From Octopus vulgaris (lineage: Eukaryota), in contig OX597818.1 of NCBI GenBank assembly GCA_951406725.2, positions 87,296,001 through 87,360,000 of the forward strand: 64,000 bases of DNA, given 5' to 3'. The position numbers and the translations under genes are program-made. Below the pieces are notes generated by a model, which saw nothing but the letters and a program-made list of their open reading frames with translations, searched no databases and was not told where the DNA came from. Below, piece after piece: positions 24,197 through 37,659 of the stretch (the stretch's first letter is position 1; every line of letters begins with the position of its first letter).

Positions 24197-24380
24197 AAAA
24201 TGTGACCTCGTGTGTACCGTTGGCGATTTTTTTTCCTCTGTCTTCCCTTCTCTGGATCTTTCCTTCTCCTATGTTTCCGCTCAAAACGTTAAACCCTCCT
24301 TCTTCCCTTCTTTCCTGAGTGTCCAATAATACTATATTTGTTCCACATCCTCGCGTTGTTGTGTTTTCTTGTTTGGATTA

Positions 24381-24385
<5 letters not shown>
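24197..24385 (+). mobile_element. Short Penelope-associated repeat (same family as 45612-45795), hammerhead core deleted
   Basis: Aligns to 45612-45795; flanked by (TA)n. Confidence 0.7.
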
Positions 24386-24432
<47 letters not shown>

Positions 24433-24593
24433 TAGTAGAGTTAGAGGCTGGAATAACCATCTAAGGGATAAAAATATCCGTTATACTACTGGTGTAATTA
24501 CCTGTTAACCCTGGACATACATATGCAAGCATATTATGCTCGTAGGTTACAGCTAGTGACAAAGATAAACATGAGTTTATCAGGAATCAAATT

Positions 24594-24726
24594 TAAAGTA
24601 AACAGAAAATGGAGAAATATTGATCAACAACAATTGACTTACATTAATTATTACTTATTATAAAAGTAATAATTGATGTAAGTCAATTGTTGTTGATCAA
24701 TATTTCTCCATTTTCTGTTTACTTTA
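24594..24726. repeat. Near-perfect 133-bp palindrome
   Basis: TAAAGTAAACAGAAAATGGAGAAATATTGATCAACAACAATTGACTTACAT... followed by its reverse complement. Confidence 0.92.
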
Positions 24727-25502
24727 TATATATATGTTTATGAATTGGTTTTGCAAGATTCCTGATGTGAATCTGTGTATTGAAATAGATATTGTGGAAA
24801 TATCATTATATATAATTCTCTCTAAAGGAGACTACAGCAGCAGTACTGGATATTAATAGTTATTGCCAAGCTAACATGGCAGTCCTGAAAAATAGGACGA
24901 ATGCTGCCGTTGATTAGCTCCAAGAGGCAATTGCCTCTAGCTAGCTATGTGACACACAAACCTGTGTCCATTATAATCTTTGAACAGGGGGCGGTCAGCA
25001 GCTTCCCCTTGCTGGTCTGGCATCCAAAGACTAGTTTTGAGGTGTTTGCCTCTTATCAATGTGTAGTAGCTGGACCCAGCAGGCGTCACTGCTGACCGAA
25101 TGTTCGAAGGATTATTTACCTAAATTCAGTGGAATACATCCGCTGGTTTTCAAAAATAGAAATATCATTATTTCTAATTCTCTCTAAAGGAGATTACGGC
25201 AGCGGTACTGGATATTAATAGTTATCAACAGCGTTTCAACTCAGTGTGAATATGTGTGTGTATGTAAAAGGGGGTATGTGAATGTGTGTGTTTGTGTGTG
25301 TGTGTGTGTGTGCGTGTGCGAGCGCAATGGAAGTGGGATGGTTCATCTTTGTTCGCTTAGTATTTGGGTTTATTTTTTGATTTGGTTGAATCTTGGTTGC
25401 TTTTTTTTGTTGGTCAGTTACTTTTAGCGTTTTGACAGAAAAAAGTCATTCTAAAATTGTTTTTTAATGTAAGTGTGCCCAAACAAATCGAATGCTTACA
25501 CA

Positions 25503-25685
25503 GAGCAGGAGTGGCATAGGCACAGGAGTGGCTGTGTGGTAAGTAGCTTGTTTACCAACCACATGGTTCCGGGTTCAGTCCCACTGCTTGGCACCTTGGG
25601 CAAGTGTCTTCTACTATAGCCTCGGGCCGACCAAAGCTTTGTGAGTGGATTTGGTAGACAGAAACTGAAAGAAGCCCGTCGTGTA

Positions 25686-25736
<51 letters not shown>

Positions 25737-25945
25737 TTGTGTGTCTGTGTTTGTCCCTCTAGCATTGCTTGACAACCAATGCTGGTGTGTTTATGTCCCC
25801 GTCACTTAGCGGTTCGGCAAAAGAGACCGATAGAATAAGTACTGGGTTTACAAAGAATAAGTCTTGGGGTCGAGTTGCTTGATTAAATGCGGTGCTCCAG
25901 CATGGTCACAGTCAAATGACCGAAACAAGTAAAAGAGAGAGAGAG
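25503..25945 (+). mobile_element. SINE family B, full length
   Basis: Family head, CORE-like block, microsatellite and tail. Confidence 0.92.
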
Positions 25946-26100
25946 AGCAGGTTTTTACAGCCACATCATCCAAACCGACCGTTTGCTTGTAAACAGTTTC
26001 ACATTAGTCAAATATGATAAAAGACACCAGTCCAGAATAATGTGCTATGGGATATGTGCATGTATGTGCATGTGTGTGTGTGTGTGTGTGTGTGTGCCTC

Positions 26101-26139
<39 letters not shown>

Positions 26140-26784
26140 GGGGGGAGAATCCCTCTCAAAACATAGCTATGATGCTCCCTGACCACTCCAGGGACTAGAG
26201 ATGCATATATTGTCATCCACTAAGAGACATTCTCAAGTGGTTAAAGTCAAGCAAATGACAAGCAAATCTGTGGTACTGAGCAGAATATTTGTTATAAGGG
26301 TATTTGTCCTTGGGCAGCATCTGGTTTTTCCTACTTGCTTATCTCAAGAAAGTACGAAAAATGGTTAACATTTCCTTCAAACTTTGCTCTTATTACATTT
26401 ATTCAAACTCCAAAGAATCCCTCTCAACATACATGTTGTTGATACGCACATATTATCAGCCACTAAGGGTCATGTACAAGTGGTTAAAGCCAAGCGAATG
26501 AGAAACAGATGTGTGGTATTGAGCAGAATATTTACTACGATCATCTGAAAGGTATCTGTAGAAACTTTCACTGAAAAAAAAATATCCAGTTTTCTGTATG
26601 CTATGCAGAAACTAAGACTGTGGGAGAGGAGGCACACTTGTGTAGGTACTCCTATATAGTAAGTGGAAAAATTTCGATTAGTTGAGACTAACCCTGCAAT
26701 TAGAATACAAAATCTCCCTCTGCGAGTATTTGAAAATAATAAAAAAACAATTGATTACAGCGTTAAGTTCAATAGTAACTGTTG

Positions 26785-27517
26785 TGTCCGGGGAGAGTCA
26801 TTTTCTTTTTGTGCCTTATATCAAAATCAAAACAAATCAAAATAGATGAACATCAATGCCGGTGGCACACAAGAAAACCATCCGAACGTGGCCGTAGCCA
26901 GTACCGCATCGACTGGCCTCCGTGCTGTGGGCACGTAACAAACACCATCCGATCGTGGCCGTTCGCCAGCCTCATCTGGCACCTGTGTCGGTGGCACATA
27001 AAAACACCATCCGAGCGTGGCCGTCTGCCAGCCTCGTCTGGCACCTGTGTCGGTGGCACATAAAAAAACACCATCCGAGCGTGGCCGTTCGCCAGCCTTG
27101 TCTGGCACCTGTGTCAGTGGCACATAAAATCACCCACTACACTCTCGGAGTGGTTGGCGTTAGGAAGGGCATCCAGCTGTAGAAACACTGCCAGATCTGA
27201 CTGGCCTGGTGCAGCCTTCGGGCTCCCCAGACCCCAGTTGAACCGTCCAGCCCATGCTAGCATGGAAAGCGGACGTTAAATAATGATGATGATGATGATG
27301 AATGTAACACACTCACCGGTAAAATTTCCACTTTTTTCTCATTTTTTATTTTCCAAAATTTTCGTTGCGTTTTGCAACCTTTTCAATAATGACTATTGAA
27401 AAGGTTGCAAGACGCAATGAAAATTTTCGGAGAATAAAAATAAGAAAAAAAGTGGAAATTTTACCGGTGAGTGTGTTACATTATAAGGCACAAAAAGAAA
27501 ATGACTCTCTCCAGACA
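26785..27517. repeat. Long palindrome (centre ~27392) whose left arm is split by the RTE tail
   Basis: 27301-27482 is self-complementary, and 26785-26820 pairs with 27483-27517. Confidence 0.85.
26822..27300 (+). mobile_element. RTE-type 3' tail with ~62-bp minisatellite, inserted in a palindrome
   Basis: About 5 GGTGGCAC..AAAACACCATCCG units plus a (GAT)n tail; related to 21850-23003. Confidence 0.8.
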
Positions 27518-27898
27518 CAAGAGAATATGCTTTAACACACGAACTCAAATAAAGAATCTTGCAAACCAAATCCAAAAACGAAATTCAATAATGACATTTA
27601 TTCAAAACCTTTTGAAAACATCCAATGGAAATAACTCCTACAATCAACACAAGAGTTAATTTCTCTTGAATACAGTTTTTATGGTTTTCCTTTTTCTAAA
27701 TTATTTTTTTAAGGTCAATCAGCTTGTGTGTAATTGTGTCGTTATTTATTGTTTATTAAAAAATCAACCGCTAAATTATTCTATTTCAGAGATCGATAGT
27801 TATCAGTTAGTGTCTTTCTAGGCCAGTCTGGTTGAATACAACAAAGTATTTTTTCGACAAGTGTTCACTATTTTGTATGTTTGTTTGTTTCGAAGCCG

Positions 27899-27929
<31 letters not shown>

Positions 27930-28159
27930 TGTATGTATGTATGTATGTATGTATGTATGTATGTATGTATGTATGTATGTATGTATGCATGCATGCATGC
28001 ATGCATGCATGTATGTATGTATGTATGTATGTATGTATGTATGTATGTATGTATGTATGCATGCATGCATGCATGCATGCATGCATGCATGTATGTATGT
28101 ATGTATGTATGTATGTATGTATGTATGTATGTATGTATGTATGTATGTGCACGTATATA

Positions 28160-28715
28160 TAATGTCAGGTCACTTTCGAGTGCTACTGGTAACATGTAAC
28201 CCAGTTCAACTTGTTGCATGGTCGGGTCGTCGGCGACTAAATCGGCAACCCGACTAAGCTTGCTTGGTGAGGAGGGTGTTTATTGGACACCCTGCGGGGT
28301 GAAAAACAAAACCCGTCAAAGGGCGGAGGAACTCTGGAGAGTCAACGACCATCCAATAAATGTCTTAAGGCTGTATCATGCGCGGGGACATAGAAATAAT
28401 CGAACTGAATACCGATCGCGCGGTTAAACCATTGGGAGTGGAGGACTCCTAGCCTTTGTTAGGGCATCCTTCTAGGAGAAGGTAACTCAGGTAACTGGGA
28501 TAATTCCGAAATAAAACCTGCGGCTCAGTGGTTACCGATGATGTTGACTTATTCTTCTTTTCGGATTATGGCTGCTGTTGCTTAATGAGTGGGATTGACT
28601 CAGTGCACAGCCTTTCCTCACTTTAAAAAAAATCTTCTTGCACAGGCATTGCACGATAACAACATTGATTAAGCTTCGTGCAAAGGCCATACTCGATAAC
28701 GAGGGGGCAGCCACC
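28160..28715 (+). mobile_element. Non-autonomous retroelement (unclassified) with 12-bp TSD
   Basis: Direct repeat ATGTGCACGTAT on both sides; GC-richer non-coding body inserted in (ATGT)n. Confidence 0.6.
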
Positions 28716-28733
28716 ATGTGCACGTATGTATTC

Positions 28734-28959
28734 TTTTATTCTTTTACTTGCTTCAGTCATTTATTTGACTGTGGCCATGCTGGAGCACTGCCTTTAGTCG
28801 ATCGAGCAAATTGACCCCCAGGACTTATTCTTTGTAAGCCTAGTACTTATTATATCGGTTTCTTTTGCCGAACCGCTAAGTTACGGGAACGTAACCACAC
28901 CAGCATCGGTTGTCAAGCTATGTTAGGGGGACAAACACAGACACACACTCACACGCACG

Positions 28960-29010
<51 letters not shown>

Positions 29011-29178
29011 ACATATACACGACGGGCGTCTTTCAGTTTCCGTCTACCAAATCCACTCACAAGGCTTTGGTCAGCATGAGGCTATAGTAGCAAACACTTA
29101 CCCAAGGTGCCACGCAGCGGGACTGAACCCGGAACCATGTGGTTGGTAAGCAAGCTACTTATCACACAGCCACTCCTG
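28734..29178 (-). mobile_element. SINE family B
   Basis: Family signature in reverse. Confidence 0.9.
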
Positions 29179-29469
29179 ATGTATGTCATTATTCAGTTTT
29201 ATTTCATGATTTCTTGCCAATATAGAAAGAGCCGCTTTCTTAAATTAAAGGCTCCTTCGTTGGAATTTCAACTACATTAATGTATGTATGTATGTATGTA
29301 TGTATGTATGTATGTATGTATGTATGTATGTATGTATGAAAAAAATTGACAGCACCAGGGTTATGAAAAATGAATTTTGAACCAAATCCGTTGGGCCAGT
29401 ATTGTTGTCAGGTCGGAAGACGGAAAGCTGCTCAAATTGATATTTTATAGAAAAAAGGCTTCAGCACAA

Positions 29470-29775
29470 ACCGAGGAAGCAGTTTAAGGATGTTGCGTGC
29501 CCAACGGATAGCATACTTTTCTGAGCTTCTTCAGCATTCGTCGCAGAAGTGGATGCAGCGATGCGTGTCCGACGGATAGCACTCCTTTGTGGGATTGCTG
29601 CGCCCCTTGCGTCAGCAGCACGTACTCGATAGGTTCCGCACTCCTCTGGAGTAGCTGCGGCAGCTCTTTTCTACAGTCTAAAGGACCTCCGGTCCTCAGT
29701 TGCCTTAGCCTGCCAGCGCTGCTGCCTTGCCGCTGCAGAAGACTTTTTAGGTGGCATGCTTGTATTATCTGGAAA
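29470..29775 (-). mobile_element. Probable Helitron Rep/Hel N-terminal exon relic
   Basis: ttttctttttccag acceptor, then MPPKKSSAAARQQRWQAKATEDRRSFRL*KRAAAATPEE, resembling the Arg/Ala/TPEE-rich Helitron N-terminus. Internal stop. Confidence 0.5.
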
Positions 29776-30320
29776 AAGAAAATGGGTTTTAGTGTACCAA
29801 GTGATTATCGATGATTCTATTAAAAACTAACACAAGCCCCTTTATTCTCTCTTCTCACATATCCTGCGCATAAAGTAACAGCGAATGCCGCATAAAGTGA
29901 AGTTGGTATGGAGCTTTCTGAAAGATACGTATAGCTTTCGCTAGTGGTAGCAAAACTCTTATTTAAAGGTTGATTCTTTGGATGAATCGTATGTGATTGT
30001 TTAAAAAATTCTAAAACGTATTTGACACAATGGACAATAGTCGAAATATCATAATGGATGGGTAAATAAGCATCCTTAAAGAGAAACAGCGCATTGGTAG
30101 ATAAACAAGGATATTAACAAATAGAAGAGAGAAATAGAACATCACCTTTCAAGTAACTCAGAATAGGTAAAGGTAAGCTTGCCAAAGTTTAATGCAGCTT
30201 AAATATGGAGATTAAGATTGTTTGGAACTGGATATTCACCGCGTACAATGTTCCTAGTCAATTTAATTACAGTCAAAAATATTCTCTAATGCCAACATAC
30301 GACGATATAAATTAAAATCA

Positions 30321-30552
30321 AGGCGGCGAGCTGGCAGAAACGTTAGCACGCCGGGCGAAATGCTTAGCGGTATTTCGTCTGCCGTTACGTTCTGAGTTCA
30401 AATTCCGCCGAGGTCGACTTTGCCTTTCATCCTTTCGGGGTCGATGAATTAAGTACCAGTTACGCACTGGGGTCGATGTAATCGACTTAATCCGTTTGTC
30501 TGTCCTTGTTTGTCCTCTCTGTGTTTAGCCCCTTGTGGGTAGTAAAGAAATA
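30321..30552 (+). mobile_element. SINE family A, young full-length copy with 14-bp TSD
   Basis: TSD GATATAAATTAAAA on both sides. Confidence 0.95.
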
Positions 30553-31029
30553 GATATAAATTAAAAACATATGGAAAACCCTACAACGAAATTGGAAAAT
30601 CTTTTAAGTTAAAATAAACATTTATTTATATGAGTGAACATTACCGGAGACATAACACGTGTTGTGCTAAAAATAACAGTTAAATTAGATTTTTGGGATA
30701 AATCTTTTAAATTTATTTACATGAAAACAAAATGGTAGCTTCCATATCCTGTTTCCTGACTGAGTCACCGCGCAGGTGGACACTCGAAGTATATAAACAG
30801 ACAAAATCCTTTCACTTTTATAAAAAGATTTTAAAAAGTATAGAAGACCCTACTTATGAAAAGCTATGTCCATTTACGTCCATTTACGCGGGAGTTCTGG
30901 GCTAAATGTTATAGTGCATGACAATCCTTGCGACAAAGCTAATGTGTGTGTAAAGTTTGGAGAAAATCGGTTGAGAATTGTGGAAATGTATGCGTTAGTC
31001 ATTATACACACACACATACTGCTATTTAT

Positions 31030-32525
31030 ATATATATACTAGATATATATAATCAACACGCTTGCCTCCATGGGATTGAAAATCACCATAGAGACTAACC
31101 TCACAACCGCGAACTTTTTAGGCTCCTGTACATACAGGCCTACCGCAAATCAAATGAGAGGCTAACGTACATCAATACAGCCTCCTGCCACGCACCCACT
31201 CATCGTACTCAAAAACCTGGTAAAGGGTGTTAGTAAAAAAATCACGAACCTTTCCTCCAACCAAGAGATTTTCGATGCAGGGGCTCCCTACTATAACGGG
31301 GCAGATTTAGAGACCGCATCCCTAACATGCCGGAACCCAACAACCGCAGAAGTATCATTTGATTTGCACCCTTCTGCTCTCTTAACACAAAACTCCCGTG
31401 GGTAGAATATTTCTAAAACCAATAGATAAGCATTTCACAAACTCCCACAGATAAGGGTCCATTTTCAACAGGTACAAAGTTGAGTTCTCGTTTAGCTGTG
31501 CCCCTAGTATTAAGAACATCCTAGTTAGCGCCCCTAGGCCACAAGAAGGGGCATGATGTTTATGCAGGAACCGCAACAGATGGCCGGTGACAGGACACTA
31601 CAAAACCAAAGGGGTCGTCTATGAAGCCGAAGTACTAGCAAACCCTGACAATACCACTGGTAGAAGCAGTAGCATCCGTAGACACGAGAAAAGAATCAGC
31701 AACACCGCCACCATCGCCACAATTAACATTAACAATAGCAATAACAGCTTCAGCTCCAGCATTGGCAGTTCCCTCGACGGCATGGACAACAGTAATAACA
31801 GCAGCATTAACACCAGTATTACCAACAACTTCCCTAACGTCCACAGTAGCAGATCTGATGACCCCTATAGTAGCAGCAACAGGTCCAGTGCCACCGCCGA
31901 CAATAACGACAATATATTTCTTTACTACCCACAAGGGGCTAAACACAGAGGGGACAAACAAGAACAGACAAAGGGATTAAGTCGATTACATCGACCCCAG
32001 TGCGTAACTGGTACTTAATTTATCGACCCCGAAAGGATGAAAGGCAAAGTGGAGGTCGGCGGAATTTGAACTCGGAACGTAACGACAGACGAAATACGGC
32101 TACACATTTCGACCGGAGTGGTAACGTTTCTGCCAGCTCGCCGCCTTGTCAATAACGACAATAATGGCAGCAATGACAACAACAACAGCAGCGATAGTGG
32201 CCCTAGCAGGAACACCAGCGGGACCACAGCAAATGACAGCTCTTGCAGCAATGGGAACTCTCCCACTAATGACCATAATAAGAATAGCGCCTTCACCATA
32301 ACGGGTAGTGGTGATACCATTACCGACGCTACCACCACCATCTTCAGCGACGCCGACACTAGCAGTTCCAGCTCCAACAACAACAATGTCGGCGGCGGCA
32401 GCCACAGCAACAACAAAAGCAACAATAACAACAACAACACCAGTAGGTACAGCACCGATAACACACGCCTCCGGAGATACATAGGATGTTCCGGGAACTC
32501 TTTCAAGCAGCATCTCTCCAATAGC
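31030..32525 (+). mobile_element. Penelope-like element relic: RT thumb, linker and GIY-YIG endonuclease with a large low-complexity insert; interrupted by SINE A
   Basis: LTYINTASCHAP, NLSSNQEIFDAGAPYYN, PVGRIFLK.IDKHF, CLCRNRNRWP, GVVYEAEV ... RRYIGCSGNSFKQ. Confidence 0.8.
31915..32145 (-). mobile_element. SINE family A with 14-bp TSD
   Basis: TSD CAATAACGACAATA at 31901-31914 and 32150-32163. Confidence 0.93.
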
Positions 32526-33179
32526 CGCGCAGTAAGGTTACGTCAAAGCTCTAATACTGTAGATATGTTACGTGTCAGTCAGACGATATGAAAGAAGAAA
32601 ATTGCAGCCGAATCTAAGGTTGTTTTAGTTTTTTGGTAGTGTTCGGTAGTTGTGGGAATAATCATTATCTTATTTAGTCGAATGGTTCCGTTTTCCTTAT
32701 CAAAATGTGGTCAGAATGGTCGAAAAAGAAATGTTATTTTAAAACTATTTGGCGTGCGTAACTTATGAATAACTGCAGTTAAAATTGCTGAAAAATCCGA
32801 AGTGCATAAAAAAAAAGTGGTTTGGTTCCTAAATTTTCATAACATCCATTTAAATATGTTGTGTTAACAGAGCAAAAAAAAAAAAGGAGCGAGTGGGTGT
32901 TTGGGCGTTCCCCCGCGCGTGCGTATGTGTTAGATAAACCAAAGTTAATCAAATACACCACACACACGTACACATACAAGGAATCGTAAAAAAGCTTCGT
33001 GAAAATCTGTGAAAATGAAATGAAATTAAGTGAAATTTGCTATGCCAAAAATTAAGGTGTAATTAATGAACTGAAATGAGAGATATGAATTACTTTCATC
33101 AGAAGGGGCTTTTAATCAACCATGGATAGCATTCAAAGTGAATGGCGAACCGTGTATTATTGATGTTTTTATAACCTAT

Positions 33180-33878
33180 TCAGCCGTAGTTTGTAATTTT
33201 TAATCGAAGAATTTTATTAACTTATTCGTGTTTGGGCTGTGGTATTCTCTGCACATTGATAAAGTGAGAAGACAAGGAATTCGAGCGGTTTGATTGTTGC
33301 GCATATGTTCAAATTTTCACAGAGTGAGAATTGTCATGCCCCCAGATCTTGTGTTTGGTGTCGATAAATCGTTCACGTCACTCTTAAGGTGAGTTTGGTT
33401 TGTCCAATGTAATCTTCACCGCATCCATTGCACTTGATGGCATATATTAAGCGGCTACCCTTCTTAACTATTGGAGTTGATTCAGCAGTTTGCAGTTTTG
33501 CGCTGTTAAGTAGTCTTTAAAGGAATTTTAGCTGTATTTTGCCTTTAGTTATTTCGTATGATTCAAGTGCCTTTTTTTCATTTTTGGGTTTTGGCTCAAT
33601 AATAATGTTTTGATAGATAATGTTGAATGTTTCTTCTTAGGTTGCGTGTTGCTATTGTAAATAGAGTTTTGAGTGTATTGCTCTTTTACTTGTTTCAGTC
33701 ATTTGACTGTGACCATGCTGGAGCACCGCCTTTAGTCGAGCAAATCAACCCCAGGACTTATTCTTTGTAAGCCTAGTACTTATTCTATCGGTCTCTTTTG
33801 CCGAACCGCTAAGTTGCGGTGACGTAAACACACCAGCATCGGTTGTCAAGCGATGCTGGGGGGACAAACAGAGACACA

Positions 33879-33942
<64 letters not shown>

Positions 33943-34285
33943 CATATATGCGACGGGCTTCTTTCAGTTTCCGTCTACCAAATCCACTCACAAGGCTTTG
34001 GTCGGCTCGAGGCTATAGTAGAAGACACTTGCCCAAGGTGCCACGCAATGGGACTGAATCTAGAACCATGTGGTTCGTAAGCAAGCTACTTACCACACGA
34101 CCATTCCTACGCCTGCTTACCACACAGCCACTTCTACGCCTGAATTGTGTTTGATCTTTCATAATTCTTCAATACCTATATCTTTCGCGCGTTCTTATTC
34201 CACACTCTATCAAAGTAGGCGGGTACTTTCTTTCAAGTAGTGCTTGTTTTATTTCCACGAATCTTTCATTTTAGAATTTCAGGAT
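33180..34285 (-). mobile_element. Second Penelope-like relic (canonical GIY-YIG), interrupted by SINE B at 33682-34140
   Basis: Minus strand LIYAIKCNGCGEDYIGQTKLTL and IKQALLERKYPPTLI. Confidence 0.78.
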
Positions 34286-35194
34286 GGGAGATAATTGTTC
34301 GGATTCTTTTAACTAGGTTTCGCGTTCAATCCCAGTGTGCGGTACCTCGAGCAGGTACCTTCTACCCTAACTCCGTGCCGACCAAAGCCTTGCGAATGAA
34401 TTTCTAAATCGAAAACATTGTGGAAGCCTAACATATACGTGTGTATATGTATGTGTGTCTAAGAGTTTATGTATGTGTGTGAGCGTGTCTTTACATTTGT
34501 CCCTCTTCCCATCTCGGACAACCTGCGTTGGTTTCTTTACGTTTCCGTTACATAACAGTTTGTGAAAAGAAACTAATAGAATACAAACCAGATTTGACAA
34601 ATAAGTGCTGGGGTCAATTTGATCGACTAAATCCTCCAAGGCAGTGCTCCAGCAAGGGCACAATCCAATGAGTGAAAAAAATAAAGGCGTAAAAGACTGA
34701 AAATGTAATTAAAAAATGTAAAATATAAATCTGGACTTCAGGATAAGAACTTACTCTCTACACCTTAAATCACTGGAGGATTTTATGAACGGATTTCCCT
34801 TTTTCAGATGACTGGAAAGGTAAGATCCCATTCACGTAGAAGCAGTATTTATCAACTGTGTTACGCATCCCCCCCCCAAAAAAAAAAACGGAAGATAGAA
34901 GATCATTTATTAAAAATTCTCTGGAAACATGGGTGGTTCTTTCAACATCCTTAAACAACCCTTATTCAGGGACCGTTTGAGCGGGATGGGCTACTCAACC
35001 TGAAGAAAATTATATTGAGCCTAGTGCACCACTGGTACTTATTTTTATCGACCCTAAAAGGATGAAAAACAAAGTCGACCTCGGCGGAATTTGAACTCAG
35101 AAGGTAAAAAGGGACGAAATTCCACTAAGGATTTTGTCAGGCGTGCTAATAATATTTGCTACTCGCCGCCTAAGTAATAATAATGATGATGATG

Positions 35195-35231
<37 letters not shown>

Positions 35232-35232
<1 letters not shown>

Positions 35233-35715
35233 TGTTTTGTCTTGGTATAAAAAATGGGCTACAGCAATTATTCTGCTCAATACCACAGATTTGCTTGTCA
35301 GTTGTTTGACCATAACCAGTTGAGCATGTCTCTTAGTGGTTGACGATATGTGCATCTCTGATCACGAGCAGAAGTAGTGGGGGAGCATCATAGCCGTGTG
35401 TTGAAAGGGATTCTTGGAGGTTTGGATAATTCACTTTTGGAAACATGGGTGGTTCGTTCAAAAGCCTTAAACAATCCTTATCCTGGGACCTTTTGAGCGG
35501 GATGGGCTACTCGACCTGAAGAAAATTCTAACTGGATCCCACCTGCAAGGTCATGCGCTGTTTATCTTGATATGAGATCACCATGTCTCGCACATATGGT
35601 TGTGATGCATGTGCCTGGTGTACCCTTATCAGACGTGTAGTCATGATGGCTATACTGGGCTTCGTATATTTTACCCCAGTGTCACTTTAATGGCATGAAC
35701 TGCTCTCTCACTCAA
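35232..35715 (+). mobile_element. Unclassified dispersed repeat between (TAA)n tracts (partial copies ~34920-35015 +, ~26145-26300 and ~26410-26540 -)
   Basis: Shared ATTCTGCTCAATACCACAGATTTGCTTGTC and GGAAACATGGGTGGTTC...GGGATGGGCTACTC blocks. Confidence 0.65.
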
Positions 35716-35747
35716 TAATAATAATGATGATGATGATGATGATGATG

Positions 35748-35806
<59 letters not shown>

Positions 35807-35808
<2 letters not shown>

Positions 35809-36170
35809 ATGGCATGTCCTGGTGACAACAGGATCAAAGGGAAAGAAGAAAAAGTGAAAAACTATGACGATTGGGAAATACGCAGGGTGCGTGCAATGAA
35901 GAGAGTGGACATGACACTCATAGTAATCGGCGCGCTTTGAAGTATCAGTATTCAACTCTTTTCTCTTTTTCTCTTTTTATTTGTTTTAGTCATTTTGACT
36001 GCGGCCATACTGGAGCACCGCCTTTAATCGAGCAACTCGACCCCGGGACTTATTCTTTGTAAACCCAGTACTTATTCTATCGGTGTCTTTTGCCGAACCG
36101 CTCAGTGACGGGGACATAAACACACCAGCATCGGTTGTCAAGCAATGCTAGGGGGACAAACACAGACACA

Positions 36171-36234
<64 letters not shown>

Positions 36235-36605
36235 CATATATACGACGAGCTTCTTTCAGTTTCCGTCTACCAAATCCACTCACAAGGCTTTGGTCGGCCC
36301 GAGGCTATAGTAGAAGACACTTGCCCAAGGTGCCACGCAGTGGGACTGAACCCGGAACCATGTGGTAGGTAAACAAGCTACTTACCACACAGCCACTCCT
36401 GCGCCTATACTATCAACAATTTCAAAAAGATTAGTACAAATGTAAAGATAGAACACTTACAAAAATCATCATTGTTTGGGACTGCAAGAGTTCTCCTCAG
36501 TGTTTTTGAAGCATGATCAATAAACAAGTGTCCCCTTAGTCTACTGGCTGCAAACGACTGGCACTTTCCGTCATACCCAGCAAAATAATCTGAGAGTTTT
36601 CGTCA

Positions 36606-36606
<1 letters not shown>
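35807..36606 (+). mobile_element. R4/Dong-type retrotransposon 3' end inserted in (TAA)n; interrupted by SINE B at 35956-36405
   Basis: ACPGDNRIKGKEEKVKNYDD...IVIGAL...LQKSSLFGTARVL. (TAA)n on both sides, consistent with the known TAA targeting of Dong. Confidence 0.75.
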
Positions 36607-36670
<64 letters not shown>

Positions 36671-36672
<2 letters not shown>

Positions 36673-36890
36673 TTGGTTTCGAATTTTGGCACAAGATCAG
36701 CAATTCAGGGAAGGGGGTTAGGTCGATTTCATTCACCCCAGTGCGCAAATTATTTTATTGATCCAGAAAGGATGAAAGGCAAAAATCGACTCCAGTGAAA
36801 TTTGAACTCGGAATATGAAGACGGATGAATTACCGCCAAACATTTTGACCGGTATGCTAACATTTCTGTCAGTTGCTAGCCTTAATAATG

Positions 36891-36938
<48 letters not shown>

Positions 36939-37151
36939 TTGGCTTAAAATTTTGGCACCAAGCCAGCAATTTCAGGGCAAGGGGCTAAGTCGATTTCATT
37001 CACACCAGTACGATACTGGTACTTATTTTATCGACTTTGAAAAGATGAAAGGCAAAGTTGGCCTCGGCGGAATTTGAACTTGGAACGTAAAGACATGAAA
37101 TGCCGCAAAGCATTTTGTCCGGCATGCTAACGATTGTGCAAGCTCGTCACC
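36671..37151 (-). mobile_element. Two tandem diverged SINE A-related copies separated by (TAA)n
   Basis: AAAGGATGAAAGGC...ATTTGAACT...GCTAAC blocks at ~36671-36881 and ~36938-37151. Confidence 0.8.
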
Positions 37152-37545
37152 TTAAATTTGTACACAATAATTGCATCTCTATTATACTGACATTCTCATA
37201 CATTCTGAGCTTTCTTCAAATGACATTATAAATACTCAGAGGAAAAACAAGCATTAGCATCTATTACAAAATTATTAAAGAGACTGAGATATTGAATAGG
37301 AAGTTAAAATAGATGACAAGACCTAATGTTTAGTGCCATACTTTACGTTTAAAGATCACAAGGATAATTTTCTAGTTGAACTCAAGTGTAAGTTCATTAA
37401 GCTGGCAAAAAATGTGAATTGGGAATAGCAAACACTCTTCAGATGTGGTATGCAAAAAGCTGTCCAAACCACATACACACACACTCACACAACTTCCACA
37501 ATCATATGAATATACACATGCAAATACCACACAAACGCTCACAAA

Positions 37546-37639
37546 TATTCACTTGACCGGTTTCACTTTTTTTAGAAACAGATTATCAAAAGTAAAACGA
37601 CAATCTTTTTCTAAAAAAGTGAAACCGGTCAAGTGAATA
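37546..37639. repeat. 94-bp palindrome / micro-MITE
   Basis: TATTCACTTGACCGGTTTCACTTTTTT..AGAAA ... TTTCTAAAAAAGTGAAACCGGTCAAGTGAATA. Confidence 0.88.
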
Positions 37640-37659
37640 AACATGTTTAAAATTGCCTT

